DNA from: a virus
Taxonomy: Duplodnaviria > Caudoviricetes
Length of the DNA stretch: 39,218 nucleotides
Reading direction: 5' to 3' (one strand)
Virus record (IMG/VR): IMGVR_UViG_3300035491_000249
Coordinates: 1-39,218 of that record
Shown here: positions 35,824 to 39,218 of the stretch, piece after piece
Layout: every line of letters begins with the position of its first letter
Position numbering within the stretch: the stretch's first letter is position 1
Notes under the pieces: model-generated
Databases searched by the model: none
What the model saw: only the letters and a program-made list of their open reading frames with translations
What the model was told of the DNA's origin: nothing
Made by a program: the position numbers and the translations under genes

Positions 35824-36144
35824 ATGGCCATGATTCAACTGATGGGCCCCGGCCCGCACCACGACATTTCCACGCTGGGCACCCTGCTGCAGGTGGGTGA
35901 CATCACCCTGGACTGCGCCGCCCTGCAGGAAAACAGCGAAGTGGTGATTGATGTATTCAGCGCCGGCGGCTCCCTGAGCCTGCACCCGCCCGGCGCCTTC
36001 GCCGCCAACGTGCGCATTCCTGCCCGCCGCTGGGAGGACAGTGCCGTGCCGTCGGAAGAAAACGACGGCGAGACCGTGATGGAATCCACCCCGGTCGAGC
36101 TGGACCCGAACACCATTGAAATCACCCTGTGGCCCAAGGCCTAA
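35824..36144 (+). CDS. Hypothetical tail-associated protein
   Basis: Operonic 106-aa ORF. Confidence 0.7.
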   Translation: MAMIQLMGPGPHHDISTLGTLLQVGDITLDCAALQENSEVVIDVFSAGGSLSLHPPGAFAANVRIPARRWEDSAVPSEENDGETVMESTPVELDPNTIEITLWPKA

Positions 36145-36156
36145 AAGGAGCAACCC

Positions 36157-37251
36157 ATGATTTTTATTAAAGACGACCTGCGCGCCCAGGTGGAGGCCGC
36201 CAGCGGTGGCCATGTGACCGTGCTGTACACCGCCAAGGGTCACCCCTGCTATATGCACGTGGTGCCCAAGTTCCTCAAGCAGGATATCGATCCCGCTTTG
36301 GGCAACGGTGTTCACGAGATGTTTATCGTCAATGGCGAAGAGAAGTCCGAGCGCTTCATTGGCCAGTATCAGGGCATTCTGAAAGACGGTGAGCTGCTGT
36401 CGCTGCCCGGCGTGATTCCGACCACCAACATCAACCATGACCAGGCCCGCGCCTATGCGTCAGCCAACGGACCCGGCTGGAGTAACACCACGTGGGCGGA
36501 CATGGCCGGCCTGGCGCTGTGGATGCACAAGAACGGCACCCTACCGCGTGGCAACACCCAGTATGGCCGCAGCCATGAGTCACCCTTTGAAACCGGCCGC
36601 CGCGCCGACGCCGGCACCCCGGGCGACAGCAGCGGGAATCACCTTACCTACACCGGCTCTGGCCCGCTGAGCTGGCGACACAACCACCAGGTGACCGGCA
36701 TTGCCGACATTACCGGCAACGCCTGGGAGTGGCTGTCTGGCATGCGCCTGATGGACGGTGAAATCCAGGTGCTGCCCAACAACGATGCGGCCGACAACAC
36801 CAAGGATGTGTCCAGCACTTCCAGCCTGTGGCGCGCCATTCGTGCCAGTGACGGCGCCCTGGTTGCTCCCGGCACTGCCGGCACGCTGAAGTATGACGCC
36901 ACCCTGGCCACCGGCGGTGACCCTGTGCTGTCCGACACCATTACCAACATGGTGGGCAACGCTGGCGACAACACCAACAGCGGCAACTCGACCAGCAAGG
37001 AGTTTAAATTGCTGACCGCAAAGGCAGGTTTGACTGTGCCCGCCATCGCCCGCGCTCTGGCGCTGTTCCCGCTGGACGGCATGACCATAGGCGGTGACCG
37101 ACTTTACGTGCGCAACTTTGGCGAGCGCCTGCCCGGCGCTGGCGGCGGCCGCCGCAGTGCCGGCGGTGCCGGGCCCTTCGCGCGCGCTCTGGACAATTCG
37201 CGGCTCCATGCGTCCTCGTTTTGGTGCGCCCGGCCTGCCTATTTCTTGTAA
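36157..37251 (+). CDS. DGR target protein (Mtd-like, CLec/FGE-sulfatase-type fold), putative receptor-binding protein
   Basis: TGSGPLSWRHN and GIADITGNAWEW motifs; the C-terminus is encoded by the VR. Confidence 0.88.
   Translation: MIFIKDDLRAQVEAASGGHVTVLYTAKGHPCYMHVVPKFLKQDIDPALGNGVHEMFIVNGEEKSERFIGQYQGILKDGELLSLPGVIPTTNINHDQARAYASANGPGWSNTTWADMAGLALWMHKNGTLPRGNTQYGRSHESPFETGRRADAGTPGDSSGNHLTYTGSGPLSWRHNHQVTGIADITGNAWEWLSGMRLMDGEIQVLPNNDAADNTKDVSSTSSLWRAIRASDGALVAPGTAGTLKYDATLATGGDPVLSDTITNMVGNAGDNTNSGNSTSKEFKLLTAKAGLTVPAIARALALFPLDGMTIGGDRLYVRNFGERLPGAGGGRRSAGGAGPFARALDNSRLHASSFWCARPAYFL
37131..37240 (+). repeat. DGR variable repeat (VR)
   Basis: 110-bp ungapped match to 37730-37839 with 17 differences, all opposite TR adenines. 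Confidence 0.96.
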
Positions 37252-37258
37252 CTTTGTT

Positions 37259-37282
37259 GGCGGTGCGCGGCAGCGCACTGCC
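37259..37282 (+). other. DGR target-recognition hairpin/cruciform
   Basis: GGCGGTGCGC-GGCA-GCGCACTGCC, 7 nt after the target stop codon; the loop fits GRNA. Confidence 0.8.
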
Positions 37283-37305
37283 TCTTTCCAACCCGAGAGT
37301 GTAAC

Positions 37306-37722
37306 GTGGCAATCAATCCAGAAGTGTTAATGGTTCGTAAATTTATCGATCTCGCGAAGTTATTAAACGGCTATTTAAGCCACTTTCCACGCCATGAGAA
37401 GTACGCGCTGTGCAATCAGATTCGCCAGCGGATGTATGACGTGTATGGGCTTATTGTGGAAGGCCAAAAGCGGTATCACAAAAAGACGACCCTGAGCAAC
37501 CTGGACATTGCTCACGAGCAACTCAGAATGCTGCTGTTTCTTGCCTGTGAACTGGGATATTTCCGCTTCAAGGACGGCCGCCACGACGACGAAGACGCCA
37601 AAAATCGCGAGGCGCACCGCTGGCAAGCGGTGTCGCGCCAGGTGGACGAACTCGGCCGAATGATTGGTGGCTGGATAAGGCAAGAGAGGCAGTCCGCAGA
37701 GCAAAAGGGGCCGTCTACGTAA
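37306..37722 (+). CDS. avd: DGR accessory variability determinant (Avd)
   Basis: FPRHEKYAL, LDIAHEQLR and ELGRMIGGWI four-helix-bundle motifs; lies between VR and TR. Confidence 0.9.
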   Translation: MAINPEVLMVRKFIDLAKLLNGYLSHFPRHEKYALCNQIRQRMYDVYGLIVEGQKRYHKKTTLSNLDIAHEQLRMLLFLACELGYFRFKDGRHDDEDAKNREAHRWQAVSRQVDELGRMIGGWIRQERQSAEQKGPST

Positions 37723-37729
37723 ATGTTTA

Positions 37730-37839
37730 GCCCAGCGCTGGCGGCAACCGCAACAATGCCGGCAATGCCGGGCCCTTCGCGCGCAATCTGAACAATTCGC
37801 GGCTCAATGCGAACTCGAATTGGTGCGCCCGGCCTGACT
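37730..37839 (+). repeat. DGR template repeat (TR)
   Basis: Non-coding copy of the VR with 22 adenines, 20 of them in ten AAY codons in the VR frame. Confidence 0.96.
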
Positions 37840-37985
37840 GCGATTTCACCCAAAACCCCGCCACAGGGGGTGTGGAGTCATAGGGATAGGCGGTCCCGCC
37901 GCAAGGCGAAATCAACCTTCACCCGCGCTTTCTGGTAGATACGTCGAACGTCAGCGCGGTTAAACCTTCCATAATAACACGAAAA

Positions 37986-38996
37986 ATGAAAAGAATCGGA
38001 AACCTTTTTGACACTGTTTTCTCAGAGGAAAACCTGTATTTGGCCTATCTGGATGCCCGCACCGGCAAGCGCGGCAAAGCGGCGTGCATGTGGTTTGATG
38101 TACGTGCGGGTGCCGCGCTTGCATGGCTGCATCAGCAGCTGCACGCCGGAGCCTACCGGCCACGCCCGTACAAGCGGTTTTATGTGTTTGAGCCGAAAAA
38201 ACGGGAGATATGCGCGCCCTGGTTCGGTGATATTGTGGTGCAGCACGCCATCTACAGAGTGGTGTGGCCCATCTTCGATCGCAGCTTCATTGATACATCC
38301 TTTGCCTGCCGACCTGGCTATGGCACGCACCGCGCCTCAGAGTACGCCCAGGCCGCATTGCGGCAGTGCGATCCCGAGCGCTATACCATGAAGCTGGATA
38401 TCCGTAAGTTCTTCTACCGTATTGATCGCGGCATACTGGAGCGCCTGCTGGCCCGTAAAATCAAGGACAGGCGCCTATTGGCAGTTATGATGAGCTTTGC
38501 CAGCATGCCGGAGCCTGTGGGCATCCCCATTGGCAATCTGCTGTCCCAGATGTATGCCCTGATATACATGAACCAGGTGGATCACTTCATCAAGCGGCAG
38601 CTCAAGGTGCGCCTATATTGCCGCTATGTGGACGACTTCATCCTGTTCAACCTGACCCGGGAGCAGTGCGAGGCCTACAAGGGAAAGATAGAGGCGTTCC
38701 TGCGGCGTGAGCTGCGCCTGGAGTTTTCCAAGGTCACCATTCATAAGGTGCGGCGAGGGGTGAACTTTGTCGGCTATCGCACCTGGCGCTCGAAGCGTTT
38801 TATCCGTAAATACAGCCTGTTTAAGTACCGCAGGGCCGTCAGGAAGGGCAAGGCCGACTCAGTGATATCCATACTAGGCCACGCGAGGCGCACCCAGTCC
38901 TTGCCGTACATGGCCAGGCTACTGACCGAGCAGAACCCCGAGCTGCTGAAGAGCCTGCCGCCGAGGGTTCAAAGAGTGATTAAGCGCGCCGCCTGA
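37986..38996 (+). CDS. DGR reverse transcriptase
   Basis: MKRIGNLF start, KLDIRKFF, GIPIGNLLSQ (DGR-type SQ), YCRYVDDF and GVNFVGYR. Confidence 0.96.
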   Translation: MKRIGNLFDTVFSEENLYLAYLDARTGKRGKAACMWFDVRAGAALAWLHQQLHAGAYRPRPYKRFYVFEPKKREICAPWFGDIVVQHAIYRVVWPIFDRSFIDTSFACRPGYGTHRASEYAQAALRQCDPERYTMKLDIRKFFYRIDRGILERLLARKIKDRRLLAVMMSFASMPEPVGIPIGNLLSQMYALIYMNQVDHFIKRQLKVRLYCRYVDDFILFNLTREQCEAYKGKIEAFLRRELRLEFSKVTIHKVRRGVNFVGYRTWRSKRFIRKYSLFKYRRAVRKGKADSVISILGHARRTQSLPYMARLLTEQNPELLKSLPPRVQRVIKRAA

Positions 38997-39042
38997 TAAG
39001 CGGAGCGGGTCGTATGATTTGAAAAGTAATCAAATTTAACGG

Positions 39043-39061
39043 AGGCGCCACGGGCGCCTTT
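39043..39061 (+). terminator. Hairpin or weak terminator after the RT gene
   Basis: AGGCGCC-ACG-GGCGCCT with a short T run. Confidence 0.45.
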
Positions 39062-39110
39062 GCTAATCACGGTTCACGGTCAATGTTTGCAAAATTCGCG
39101 GCGGGCTACA

Positions 39111-39115
39111 GGAGA
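39111..39115 (+). repeat. 5-bp target-site duplication GGAGA, right copy
   Basis: Immediately follows the CA end; identical to 134-138. Confidence 0.88.
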
Positions 39116-39218
39116 GACGGCAAGGCAACTGTCAAGAGGCGCTGAACGAAGCTCAAGACTCAAAAGGTTATACACAGCCGCCGGGAGCCTTGTGCCGGCA
39201 GGGCTTGGCTCACTTATC

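Larger units (their letters stand above)
139..39110 (+). mobile_element. Mu-like transposable prophage, apparently complete
   Basis: Starts TGTAACCCACC at 139 and ends GGCGGGCTACA at 39110 (reverse complement TGTAGCCCGCC). Flanked by direct repeat GGAGA at 134-138 and 39111-39115. Contains ner-MuA-MuB and Mu-type head genes. Confidence 0.93.

Noticed and set aside
37986-38996. RT considered as a group II intron, retron or Abi RT
   Set aside because: It is short, has no maturase or endonuclease domain, carries the SQ motif and lies next to avd and a TR/VR pair.
39111-39170. The reconstructed empty site (GGAGAGAC..CGCTGAACGAAGC..ACTCAAAAGG) loosely resembles a glycine riboswitch aptamer
   Set aside because: The core GCCGAAG and CTCTCAGG elements are not matched; an Infernal search of the joined flanks would be needed.

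Overview
The window holds an apparently complete Mu-like transposable prophage at 139..39110 (38,972 bp). It has TG...CA ends, imperfect terminal inverted repeats (TGTAACCCACC / TGTAGCCCGCC) and a 5-bp target-site duplication GGAGA, with about 140 and 110 bp of host flank. Gene order: LexA/CI-like S24 repressor, ner, MuA transposase, MuB, semi-essential early genes, gemA, Rha, Mor/C activator, lysis, terminase/portal/head, then a contractile tail with baseplate and PAAR. At the right end, where Mu carries the gin/G invertible fibre system and mom, this phage carries a complete diversity-generating retroelement (DGR): target gene with VR, hairpin, avd, TR and RT. VR and TR align over 110 bp with 17 mismatches, all at TR adenines. 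The prophage is rich in regulatory DNA and RNA: a type II hammerhead ribozyme, a c4-like antisense RNA with target sites over the rha RBS, two LexA-like boxes upstream of the late activator and six copies of a late-promoter motif. One copy of that motif fronts a short non-coding unit complementary to the DGR spacer RNA. A diverged duplicate of the repressor-gene operator array also lies near the left end. All calls come from manual reading of the sequence; no database searches were run.
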